Shown here: one piece after another, positions 50,131-61,971 of the stretch | How positions within the stretch are numbered: the stretch's first letter is position 1 | Layout of the letters: each line of letters begins with the position of its first letter | NCBI GenBank assembly: GCA_951406725.2 | Contig: OX597828.1 | Coordinates: forward strand, 64,604,001-64,668,000 | Source: Octopus vulgaris | Lineage: Eukaryota | Length of the DNA: 64,000 bases | Reading direction: 5' to 3' | Notes under the pieces: model-generated | Seen by the model: the letters and a program-made list of their open reading frames with translations, nothing else | What the model was told of the DNA's origin: nothing | The model's database searches: none | Made by a program: the position numbers and the translations under genes

Positions 50131-50442
50131 CCCGCATTCTTTCAAACGTTCCTGTCATAAAACCACCGAGTTATCTTAAGTTTATAAACATCGGTAGATA
50201 AGGGACTCTAAGTCATAATGCACCGATTACTAAATATTCCGGACTCTCATTCATATCGGAATTAATTCGTCGAAGGTACTTTAGATAATAAAAGTCAGTG
50301 TGGGCAAAAGGAGTGGGGGAAGAAGAGAAGGGAATGGATCTCCGTTGGTCTAAGCGATGACTTTTCAGTTGTTGATCAACTCGATTTTCTGCTCATTGAA
50401 AATAACATGTAATGAGTCTACGTTCGTTGTAATCATATATAT

Positions 50443-50524
<82 letters not shown>

Positions 50525-50527
<3 letters not shown>

Positions 50528-52016
50528 TAAACAGTAAAAATAATTACAGACATGGACAAGAACACGAAACGCCACAGAGACGACACAAGAACCACAAGAC
50601 GGGACATTCGAAGCCCTCAGTCATCAGTCAAGAACCAGATCATCTTAGCAATTTCGGCTGATTAATCTTGAGATTGCTCCGATATGGGCAGCCCGCCACG
50701 GGAAATCTAAGCCAAGTGCATTAGATCCCCTGGAAGAAAGCTTCGAATGTATACAACACGAGGACGGAAAACGAACGAAGTACACGAACAAAAATACAGA
50801 ATACGTGACAACAATAAGAATACAAAAACGTAAAAACAATAACGGTAAAAATAAAGTATAAAAAATAAACAACAAAACAAAACCAGGACGTAGGACAAGG
50901 GTCTTTCGACAGGACGAATTGAGCATGGGGCTGGCTTATGAAGTTGTGCCTAATGGCCACAGGGAGACGAACAAGTACGTGTTGCTTCAACGGCTGCTGG
51001 AACGAAAAGAGCGCTCAACAGCGGTCAGCGGTCACCTGAGAACAAAAGACAAGAGAAAGGGACAGATGAAAAGAGAGAGAAGGTGGACGAGGGAGGAGAA
51101 GAAAGAGACAGATCGAGGGGGCTGGAGGTGAGAGAGATAGAGAAACGTAGAAGGGGGGGGAACGGATGGAGAGTGAAAGAAAGGAGGGGCAATAAGGGAG
51201 GAGAGAGAGAGAGAAAGAAAGATTAAGAGTCGTATCAATGCTTGAGAAAAAAAATATACTTATCGTATAAGGACAATTGTGGATACGTAGCCGCCGATTA
51301 TATAGGTAAACAGTAAAAATAATTACAGACATGGACAAGAACATGAAACGCCACAGAGACGACACAAGAACCACAGGACGGGACATTCGAAGCCCTCAGT
51401 CATCAGTCAAGAACCAGATCATCTTAGCAATTTCGGCTGATTAATCTTGAGATTGCTCCGATATGGGCAGCCCGCCACGGGAAATCTAAGCCAAGTGCAT
51501 TAGATCCCCTGGAAGAAAGCTTCGAATGTATACAACACGAGGACGGAAAACGAACGAAGTACACGAACAAAAATACAGAATACGTGACAACAATAAGAAT
51601 ACAAAAACGTAAAAACAATAACGGTAAAAATAAAGTATAAAAAATAAACAACAAAACAAAACCAGGACGTAGGACAAGGGTCTTTCGACAGGACGAATTG
51701 AGCATGGGGCTGGCTTATGAAGTTGTGCCTAATGGCCACAGGGAGACGAACAAGTACGTGTTGCTTCAACGGCTGCTGGAACGAAAAGAGCGCTCAACAG
51801 CGGTCAGCGGTCACGTGAGAACAAAAGACAAGAGAAAGGGACAGATGAAAAGAGAGAGAAGGTGGACGAGGGAGGAGAAGAAAGAGACAGATCGAGGGGG
51901 CTGGAGGTGAGAGAGATAGAGAAACGTAGAAGGGGGGGGGGGAAACGGATGGAGAGGGAAAGAAAGGAGGGGGAATAAGGGAGGAGAGAGAGAGAGAAAG
52001 AAAGATTAAGAGTCGT
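50525..52016 (-). mobile_element. Near-identical tandem duplication, unit 779 bp; probable Penelope-like pseudo-LTR dimer inside (TA)n
   Basis: 50525-51235 repeats at 51304-52016 (ORF-track offsets are also 779). The spacer 51236-51303 may hold a decayed GIY-YIG-like C-terminus (..FF....TTLN). (TA)n flanks both sides. The duplication is certain; the family is inferred. Confidence 0.65.
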
Positions 52017-52027
52017 ATATATATATG

Positions 52028-52092
<65 letters not shown>

Positions 52093-53134
52093 GCTTTTGC
52101 ATTTCGGTTTTGATGACAATTGTTTGCGACTGCTACCCACGGCATTCAATGCAGCTGAGTTTTGGCGTCTCACTTCAGGGAAAGTTAAAAGGTTACCTGT
52201 AATTTGGGTCTCAGCCATAAACCAGCATGTCTTGGAATATTTACACTTACATCCCCGAAACAAATTTTCAGAATTTACCATTAAAAAATGACATTTGAAA
52301 GCATCGCGTTTCTTTTGCGGTTCAGTATAAATTCTGTGGTTTTAAAATCATGGAAGTTGGTTAGACTCAACTTAGACTTAATTGAACAAATAATTGATCA
52401 AAGATACTTTAACCGGCCAGATAAATCGATTTAAAATACTTAAAACTTTTAAATCTACAAAAAATAAAAACTATAACACGCACGAAATTTATGTATCATG
52501 TAAATAATGCTATAAAACATTTTAATAATGCACATATTATGTGGAGAATACCAATTACATAAGCTCAACATTTAAATCTAAAAGGGAATCCCATATAATA
52601 GGGAAATATGTATATACATGAGTGTGCACGCGTGTGTGTGTGGCGTGTATATGTGTGTGAGTGTGTGTGTGTGTATCTGTGTGCGTGCGTATGTGTCTGT
52701 GTACGTGTGTCTGTGTGCGTGCGTGTGTCCGTGTGCATGTGTTTGTATGTGTGCATGTGTGTGACGCTAGGAGGTTATTGAAGTGAGATTTAATTGTTTG
52801 ATGTAGCACCTTTGAGCGAACATACGGATACACCTTCGCTGATTAATATCTTTACAGAACACAACTCACAACGTCCGGTTGCTGTCCACTCCAAATACTG
52901 TCGGGTCAAGCAAACAATCCCTTTGTCTCTTTTTACTTCCTATTGGAACACTAAAGTTTGTTCTTCATAATAAATTCCTTCGATATTTCACTAACTCGTC
53001 TTTTTGATTTATAGTTTCCGTAACATACAATTATTAATTTTATTCGTTTACCGGTTTCACTCATTGAAATTCAGCCTTGTTGCGGGTATTCCATTCGTAG
53101 ATTTTACCTCATGTGTTTATTTTATCTCCATTTG

Positions 53135-53435
53135 TCAAAACTGACGATTGCTCGAAAGCCTTCATGTGCAAACTAGAAATTTGAAACAAAGAAGTCAATA
53201 TTAAAAATTTTGCAATATTTGAGAAACTGTCATCAATTATCGCTGCTGGAAATGAAGACCAAATGTTACTGCAATTTGCTGAAAATGGAATTTTGCAGCA
53301 TTTGAGAGCATTGAAGAATGGATTAAGCCTATATTTTCCAGAAGTCTCTCGTGAGTATTTGGATATAATGCAAAATCCATTCATATTGTCAGTTGCAACA
53401 ACTCCTGATGATTGTCAAGATGAATTCTTGAGCCA
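53135..53435 (+). mobile_element. hAT (Charlie/Buster-like) transposase remnant
   Basis: KAFMCKLEI*NKEVNIKNFAIFEKL..ILQHLRALKNGLSLYFPE..QNPF..DDCQDEFL, with an in-frame stop. Confidence 0.7.
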
Positions 53436-53862
53436 TTCATGTTTGATTCCTATCCCAATATAGCAGAGAGTGCCACCTGTGCAATACTTCAACGTAGAAA
53501 TCAATATTTTCAACTTTGTCAGCTGAGTTTGTGCTGATGTTTTCAGTAGTCTGAAGAACTGAGCCATTATGTTGTCATAAATATTTTGCTATCGTGAGAA
53601 CAGCAACGGATTATTCCATTTTTTTTTTTTTGTTCAGGAATTCACTCGGATCGCGTGAAACATGTACTTATACGCGGCTGACATCTACCATAGGAAGTAA
53701 CTCTTCTTTCTTTCCCAGAAAACGTTATAACTTTGAAAGCACTTTCTGTTGTACTCTTAATTATCAAGTCACCTTCGGCATGAAAAAGATTATGCACTGC
53801 CAGCCAATTCATATGTTTACATGCATGAATGCATGAATACATGCTCAGCCACCCAACACGAA

Positions 53863-53926
<64 letters not shown>

Positions 53927-53954
53927 GATAGATTGTTTGATAGATAGATAGATT

Positions 53955-54025
<71 letters not shown>

Positions 54026-54086
54026 GGACGGACGAATAGATGGATAGATAGATTCATTTTTATGTATGTGTGCGTGTGTAAAAAAA

Positions 54087-54123
<37 letters not shown>

Positions 54124-55268
54124 CAAAGAGAACTTATTATTATGCTTGCAACTTTTGGACAGATATGGCATTTTTCTTTTTTCCAGTATACTTAGTGAAA
54201 TAAAATTATTTTACAAGATATCTTATGAAGATATTCTCTGGCCAACATTTGTATAATTCTCAGATTTACTCTACGTATGTCACAGCAGGCAATGGTTATG
54301 TGAATCTATCGACGATGCAGCATTGAATCGCTATACATTTTTATAATAATCATACAATATCCTTATATGGTATGGACTCTACATTTACCATATCAAATTA
54401 TGGTGATATTAATTTATCGATGCTACTATAACGAATTGCCTGCAATCAAACCAATAACAGCTTCACTACAATCAAATCCTACATAAACAAGTATATAGTC
54501 CAAAACTATGATTATACACAGTTATGGTGTGGCTCGATATAACAAAGCTTATTTGCAATCAAACTGTATTATCAGGTGAATCATCTAAATCAGGTGATTC
54601 TCCTGGACCAGTGTAACTTTACCACGGCAGACGCCTCGAGGGAACGATGAGGCATGGATGTATGGCCTGGATTTCAGTCATATTGCTCTTCCGCTAGTCG
54701 AAATATCTCATCTGCGTTCACCCTGATTACAGATCATAGCAGTATTTCACTAACTGAATTCATTGATCCTGGCCACTGACAGTTTGTTGTCTCTTCATTT
54801 TGCCGGAATATTTAACATCCACCCACCATGCTGTGCACCAAATTTTAACGTACCCTGATTCGGGTGGTTATATGCTGCTGCCAGGCTCCCGATAACTGGG
54901 AACCTGACAAGTGCTATTGATCCCAGTCAGAGTAGACCTGGGAACAATAGTCGTTAAGAAGTGGTATTACAATCCCCAATATCCCGGAACAAATGTATAT
55001 ATAATAGATTAACAGTGGATATTACTGTATGAATTATAAATGATTCAGTAGTTTTTAACACCTTGATTGTGAAGTATTAACTTAGCGATTCGACAGACTT
55101 AACGAAATTAATCCCAACAGAGATTATATAGAACATTCTGTCAACTCTAGTTGTATATTTCGCTGACAAATGGAAATGTGATTTAACTGAAGAACAGCAG
55201 TTTCAGGTTAGTTCTGAACTTGTTAAATCTGTAAGCAACGACGGTCCACGCATGACCTTATATTATTA

Positions 55269-55653
55269 CTAGCAGTATCGCCCGGCGTTGCTCAGGTTTG
55301 TAAGGGAAATAACTATAAAGCATTTTTAGAGAGTTATAGCCAAAAAATAGCAAAAAAATGGAAAAAAAATTATGGTAATTTTTTTTTGAGAGTTAAAAAA
55401 GGTCGAGTTGCGTCCCCTAAACAGTCTGTGGTTTGTGTTTCTGATTCTCGATCCCATGTCGAATTTATCGATTTTTTTCAGAACTGGGGGAACTTTTCAA
55501 AATTTTCGCTGCGTTAGTTTTGAATTATGACATTGGGCTATGTGTGTGTCAAGTTTCATCAGAATCGGTTGAAAGCCGTGGTCAGGGTGAGGGTACAACC
55601 TGACAGACACACAGAAACACACACAGACAAACTGCCGTTTATATAGAGAGAGA
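55269..55653 (-). mobile_element. Non-autonomous Helitron
   Basis: The minus strand starts TC (TCTCTCTCTATATAAACGGCAG) and ends with a hairpin CCTGAGCAACGCCGGG, then CGATACTG-CTAG. It sits between A and T with no TSD. Confidence 0.85.
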
Positions 55654-55939
55654 TAAGTAGAGTCAAACTTTGAAGATGGAAGGATACGTTTTAAAGGAAA
55701 CGTGGCTTCTATTTCTAACAAGTTGAGAAACCATTTAGAGACTACTTTGTTGTCGGTTTATATATATATATATATATATATAAACTACCTCCTTCGCTTG
55801 CTGATGTCTGCTGGATTTTCCACATGTATTCTTTTGAAATCAAAGTTCGAATACTGAATACGATTATATAAGGCGAACTATAAGTTTTTCTGTATTTCAC
55901 TTGATTAGCTGGCTTTCAACATCATGTTCACGATACATT

Positions 55940-56153
55940 GGTTTCAAATGTTGTCACAAAGTCACCAGGTTTGCTGGAAGGGCTAAGTCAATTGCATCGA
56001 CCTTAGTGTTTAACTGGTACATATTTTATCGACTTCGAAATGACGAAAAACAAAGTCGACCTCGGCGAAATTTGAACCTCAGAACGTGCAAACGGATGAA
56101 ATGCATGCTAAGTATTTTGTCAGGTGTCCTAACGATTCTGCCAGCTTGCCGCC
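55940..56153 (-). mobile_element. SINE family B, old subfamily
   Basis: CAAAGTCGACCTCGGCGAAATTTGAAC body and CTAACGATTCTGCCAGCTTGCCGCC head; alternative tail. Confidence 0.8.
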
Positions 56154-56592
56154 ATGTTTGCAATACATTAACGACTATGTACTATATGAAAAAATGGAGT
56201 ATAAATTAGGAAGAATGTGCTTCTGACAATTTAATAATATTACGTTCAACTATGATCCAAGCTTAGATCCAAACTCCTCATTTACTAGACTTTTTATTTT
56301 GGATTAAAATACAAACAGCAATAAGTCTATTTTCATGTAAACATTCTAGTGTGAGGGAGGTAATTAAACATTTCAAAGTTATCTCCCGTAGGATATTTTT
56401 TTACTTGTGATTTTGCAATTCTTACTACATTCGTTCTATTTATTTAGCATTAATTTGAAATGACTGCAACAAGTTACATTAGATACTGTAAATACTTTTG
56501 AAACAGAATTTGAGAATTGTGATGTTTACAGAAGGTTCTGTAAAAACTTTTCTGTTAATGTCCCTCTACAAATAATATTTCGAATTAATTCG

Positions 56593-56692
56593 GGCGGCGA
56601 GCTGGCCGAATCGTTAGCACGCTGGCCATAATGCTTAGAGGCATTTCGACTGACTTTACGTTCTTATTTCAAATATCACCACGGTTAACTTG
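56593..56692 (+). mobile_element. SINE family B head fragment
   Basis: GGCGGCGAGCTGGCCGAATCGTTAGCACGC. Confidence 0.75.
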
Positions 56693-56950
56693 AGCCCCTA
56701 GATTGTTAGGTCCTTAGGTAACTGCCCAGAGAATCCATTCCTTAGATGGTCCTGCTTATTATTATATAATTAGTTTTAATAGTATGAATAAAGTGGGATT
56801 ATAAATATATAAACTTACATCAGGTGATGAAAATATACATTTGTGTCAAAAGCGTGATGCAGAAATCTAAACAGTATGAAACTAAGACATTATTAACAAA
56901 ACACTAATTTTGAATGTGCTTACATTTAAGAAATAATCCGTGATTATATA

Positions 56951-57164
56951 TATTTCTTTACTACCCACAAGGGACTAAACATAGAGGGGACAAATAAGGG
57001 CAGACAAACGGAAAAAGTCGATTATATCGACCCAGTGCGAAACTGGTACTTTAGGATGAAAGGCAAAGTCGACCTCGGCGGAATTTGAACTCAGAACATA
57101 ACGACAGACGAAATACCGCTAAGCATTTCGCCCGGCATGCTAAAGTTTCTGGTAGCTCGCCGCC
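56951..57164 (-). mobile_element. SINE family B with ~14-bp TSD
   Basis: TSD TCCGTGATTATATA at ~56937-56950 and ~57168-57181. Confidence 0.93.
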
Positions 57165-57898
57165 CTTTCCGTGATTATATATGCCAGGCAACTGAACTGA
57201 TATTTAAATATTTTTAAAAATCGTTAAAACCTATATTACAATAAGTAATTTAGTTTCTGTCTCGATTTAACCAATGTTTTCAAATGCATAAAAGACGCCA
57301 GATTTTCAAATAATTCTACAAATATCAAATCAATGTAGCCATTGATATACAAGAGAAAATTTTAAATACTTTTAAATATTCTCTTATTGCTCAATGTCGA
57401 TTTGCAATTAATTTTAACATAAAGTCTTCAAACAATAAGTGTCAATAAAAATACTCAACAGAAATATATTTCACAATAATAAAAAATCTCACATCTCTGA
57501 AACCTAGCTGAACATTATGAAAGTTGTAAACAACCTCATTCTCTGACAGGGATTGGAAAATCACAAAGGAACTACATTTTGTTACAGGTTGACAAGTAAT
57601 CTTGAAGTGTAGTTTCAAGGTCTATCACGTGAAAACAAAAGAAACAGGGTCCTTTTGGCGAATATTATCCCTTGTTTAAATCTTTACATCTTCAGCTGCT
57701 AGTTCCTATTTGAATTTATTTATATTGCTTTTTAAAATACATTTATGTACTTTTAAATTTGTTTTATTTAATGTGCCTTCTTCCTCTCCTATCTTTTCCA
57801 GTTTCTTGTTAACATTCATAAATTTAGATCCATCACTGCAATTGATATGAAACAAAGAAAATATATTATTTTAATGAACATTTTACTTTTATCTTATA

Positions 57899-58313
57899 GG
57901 TGCAGGAGTGGCTGTGTGGTAAGTAGCTTGCTTACCAACCACATGGTTCCGGGTTCATTCCCACTGCGTAGCACGTTGGGGAAGTGTCTTCTACTATAGC
58001 CTCGGGCCGACCAAAGCCTTGTGAGTGGATTTAGTAGACGGAAATTGAAATAATCCCGTCGTATATATATGTATGTGTGTATATATGTTTGTGTGTCTGT
58101 GTTTGTCCCCCCCCCCCCCCACCAACAGCGCTTGACAACCGATGGTGTGTGTGTGTGGGGGTTTACGTCCTGTAACTGAGCGGTTCGGCAAAAGAGACCG
58201 ATGGAATAAGTACTAGGCTTCTGAAGAATAGGTCCTGGAGTCGATTTGCTCAACTAAAGGCGATGCTCCAGCATGGCCGCAGTCAAATGACTGAAGCAAG
58301 TAAAAGAGTAAAG
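57899..58313 (+). mobile_element. SINE family A, full length
   Basis: Head, core and tail as in the other copies. Confidence 0.95.
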
Positions 58314-58642
58314 CGTATACCTAATTAATTTTATCTCATCTCAGTCTTCCATACATTCTATATACAAAGATAAAATTTTGTATATGGACTTGGACGTGAA
58401 GAATTGATGTAGCCATGATGTTCGGGTGATCTGATGAGCTAGCTTTCTTTATCTTCAGTGATTTGTAAATATATGCTTAACATACATATATATCCTAGGG
58501 CCCCGATAATTACACGTATAAACCTGAAATCTTAACCATTATGCTATATGCCCACGAGATTATAGCGTAATGGTTAAGAGCGCGGGCTACTAACCTCAAG
58601 ATTGCGAGTTCAATTCCAGGCAGTGCCTTTAATAAATAATAA

Positions 58643-58698
<56 letters not shown>

Positions 58699-58743
58699 AT
58701 AATAACAATAATAATAACAACAACAACAACAACAACAACAGCA

Positions 58744-59327
58744 ATGTCCTGATGCAGTACCAAGCAGTGGCTATGCCCTGATGCAGTACCAGGCGGGGGC
58801 TCTCATGGCTTCTGATCTTAACTGATTGGAAGTGTTATCATGTACATTGTTTTGTCTTGGTATATATGATGAGCTACAGCAAATATTCTGCTCAATACCA
58901 CAGATTTGTTTGTCAGTTGTTTGACCTTAACCAGTTGAGCATGTCCCTTAGTGGCTGACGATATGCGCATCTTTGATCACGAGCAGAAGTAGTGGGGGAG
59001 CATCATAGACGTGTGTTGAAAGGAATTCTTAGAGGTTTGGATAATTCAACTTTGGAAACATGGGTCGTTCGTTCAACATCCTTAAACAATCCTTATTCAG
59101 GGACCTTTTGAGCGGGATGGGCTACTCGACCAGAAGAAAATTCTAACTGGGCCCCACCTGCAAGGTCATGTGCTGTTTATCATGATATGAGATCACCATG
59201 TCGCGCACATATGGCTGTGGTGCATGTGCCTGGTGTACTCTTATCAGACGGGTAGTCATGATGGGTATACTGGGCTTCGTATATTTTACCCCAGTGTCAC
59301 TTTGATGGCATACACTGCTACTCATTC
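58744..59327 (+). mobile_element. Element X, second copy, with its first 29 bp duplicated
   Basis: Colinear with 19416-19971; ATGTCCTGATGCAGTACCAAGCAGTGGCT directly precedes ATGCCCTGATGCAGTACCAGGC. Confidence 0.9.
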
Positions 59328-59410
59328 AATAATAATAATAACAACAGCAACATCAGCGAAAAGAATACCTTAGGAATGAAAACCCAGGGCTGGGTTCAAA
59401 ATTCTACCAG

Positions 59411-59456
59411 GACACCTGATGATGGCTGGAGAGTAAATCCGCCGAAATGTTGTGGC
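59411..59456 (+). ncRNA. Minimal type-I hammerhead ribozyme-like motif, probably degenerate
   Basis: CAC-CUGAUGA-U-GGC(U)GGA-GAGUAAA-UCC-GCC-GAAA-UG-UU-GUG: core boxes, stem II and a short stem I are present; stem III is reduced as in Penelope-type minimal hammerheads. Confidence 0.55.
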
Positions 59457-59696
59457 AACAACAAACAAGATGCGGACACGTAGTCGTCCAATGTAAATAA
59501 TGTGAATAAATCTTACGATGTTATCAGCCTCATGTATGCAAACTTGATCAAGGTATGCACTTCGACAATTGGTAGTTAAAAGGTGTTGCCGAAGGGATAT
59601 GATGCGACATTCAAAGGCATTTTGGATCGATGTTAAACCTCTGCCGCCTTGTTTTCATTTTAGGTAGAAGCGGTCTATGTATGTATGTATGTATAC

Positions 59697-59729
<33 letters not shown>

Positions 59730-60649
59730 TGTATGTATGTATGTATGTATGTATGTATGTATGTATGTACAAAAGAGAATGTACATTTATACGTATACAT
59801 ATATTGATACGTGCATTAGAACGTCATTGCTTTTATTTTTTAATCCAACGTATTTTCACTGTAATTTTTCCCTATTAAACATTTATGTGCATCTACTCCC
59901 ACCCCCACCTTCTTTACCTTCACCCTTCTGTCTTATGTCTAACTTCTGTCGTACACCATTATATATATTGTATATTTTTGTTTATGTCTTATTTATATCA
60001 CAGTGGTATCCCGTTCCTAATGTTGTAACATCTTATTATAGAAATGTAACTAATAGTCATCAGTAAAACTACCCGCTAATTAACACCCAAGCAATACGGT
60101 TCTCTTTCTTTTACTGATAAACTGATATGCATATAAATATGTGTGTGTGCGCACGTGTGTGTTCTCTAACAATAGTTGTGAATAGAGTTCTGTAACAATA
60201 GCGATTACGCAGCATCGCTGTTTTTCACACACTATTTTTTCATAAGACCAAGTATTTGCTTGACAATTAAGCGAATAGGCGACGAAATGCTATTTCCTTT
60301 TCGTATACCGAATAAGCTGTTTTCTATGTAGGTATCATTTTTGCGTAAATATACGTTTAAACTAGTTTCACTCTCTATTCTTTCGCATAGAACAACGGCA
60401 TCATTTCCAAAACATTCATAGCTTTTCTTTCAATCTTATTTCTATTCATGTTCTTCTTCTTCGTCTTCATTCCCCCCAAATTTTTATTTTGCTTTGCACT
60501 GTTTCTGAGAGCGTCCATTACACAACGGAAACTGGTTTGTTATCAATTGTTAGCACCAACTCAATAAATAGACAAATCCTCTAATTTTAACGGCATGGAG
60601 ACCTTCATTTAAATCATGGTTGATTCATACTTTGGAACAATCTCATTTT

Positions 60650-60715
60650 AGGAGTGGCTGTGTGGTAAGTAGCTTGCTTACGAACCACATGGTTCCGGGT
60701 TCAATCCCACTGAGA
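60650..60715 (+). mobile_element. SINE family A head only
   Basis: AGGAGTGGCTGTGTGGTAAGTAGCTTGCTTAC..GGTTCAATCCCACTG. Confidence 0.85.
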
Positions 60716-60782
60716 GGTAACGCTTACCTCCACTTCAACATGACTGAAGGAACGAATGTTGGAGCCCCATGATGACCATGCT

Positions 60783-60863
60783 CCAGCTAGTTATTCCATA
60801 CAATCTGCACTCGATATATATTGCAATATATATCGGATGCAGATTGCATCGATTATCAGCTGG
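60783..60863. repeat. Near-perfect 46-bp palindrome with outer stem extension
   Basis: CAATCTGCACTCGATATATATTGCAATATATATCGGATGCAGATTG at 60801-60846; outer CCAGCT/AGCTGG pair. Confidence 0.9.
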
Positions 60864-61058
60864 AAGAGGCTCTTCCTGAAGATATAAACGGGAGTAGCGT
60901 CGGTTTCTACGGAACAGCCATGTTAAAGGGCCAGTAAACATTACTATATATATAAAGTAAGAACGCTTTCTGAAGACTACAAATACAAACAGTTATCCTT
61001 GCCCAGCTTCAGGTATTATTATACGGACATTATTTCTGACTAGGGAAGAACAATTGAA

Positions 61059-61299
61059 GGCGGCGAGCTGGCAGAAACGTTAGCACGCCGGGCGAAATGC
61101 TTTGTGGTATTTCGTCTGCCGTTACGTTCTGAGTTCAAATTCCACCGAGGTCGACTTTGCCTTTCATCCTTTCGGGATCGATTAAATAAGAACCAGTTAC
61201 GCACTGGGGTAGATGTAATCGACTTAATCCCTCTGTCTGTCTTTGTTCGTCCCCTCTGTGTTTAGCCCCTTCAGGGCAATAAAGAAATAAGAAATAAGA
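61059..61299 (+). mobile_element. SINE family B, full length
   Basis: Complete from head to tail; probable TSD AAGAACAAT at 61046 and 61300. Confidence 0.95.
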
Positions 61300-61560
61300 A
61301 AGAACAATCAAGGCGAAGCACCGTTATATAAGAGTGGTCATTGGAATAGAAGGAAGCGAAACGCCAACTACATATCATTCACAGAAATGATATTACGAAA
61401 GTTCTGTTTAATTTAACTTATTTCAATTTATTCTTCCTTTAAGTTGGGGATTATTAAATCAACTTTATAAAGCGATTGAAACCGATAGCTTATTTTGATA
61501 AAGATGTAATTTCTCACTTTCATCCATGGTAAAGGTCACAAAGCATTTTCTTCTTTTTGT

Positions 61561-61628
<68 letters not shown>

Positions 61629-61971
61629 TTATATATATCTGCATATCTGTCTATTTATACACACACATACACACACAAAATACACACATATTATTCGTAA
61701 AAAGGATTGGATGTATTTGAATGTATGGGCTGACTCAGTATCGAACCCACCATTTTGCGAGTGTGAGGAGAACATAACTATTCGTACTCATTAAAATGTC
61801 CACACATTATATGATAAGAGTACAACTCTTCTTTCTTAGCCTGACCCGACCCGAAATATGTTAACATTACAACAAAAAAAGAGACCCCCAAAATAAGAAA
61901 TGCATTGATAGCTGTTTTGTGTACTTCAGTTACTCATCTCATTCCACTGAGTTCCACTCCAGTCAGTGCCA

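Larger units (their letters stand above)
58530..59505 (+). mobile_element. Composite: tRNA-like head with upstream inverted copy, trinucleotide tract (carrying element X), and hammerhead-like tail
   Basis: A-box TAGCGTAATGG at 58563-58573 and B-box GAGTTCAATTCC at 58606-58617; 19-bp inverted repeat at 58530-58548/58561-58579; CTGATGA..GAAA motif at 59416-59447. Treating head and tail as one element is inference. Confidence 0.55.

Noticed and set aside
50600-50680. Functional hammerhead in the 779-bp unit (minus-strand GAAA then CUGAUGA)
   Set aside because: Neither a type I nor a type II arrangement gives acceptable stems around the boxes; at most it is a decayed remnant.
53263-53463. Domesticated hAT-derived (ZBED/GTF2IRD2-like) gene
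   Set aside because: It is a short fragment with an upstream in-frame stop and no other exons.
58556-58630. Possible tRNA gene (also the heads at 43729, 57899, 42035 and 61059)
   Set aside because: A/B boxes are present but I could not form a proper cloverleaf or acceptor stem, and the sequences continue into repeat bodies.
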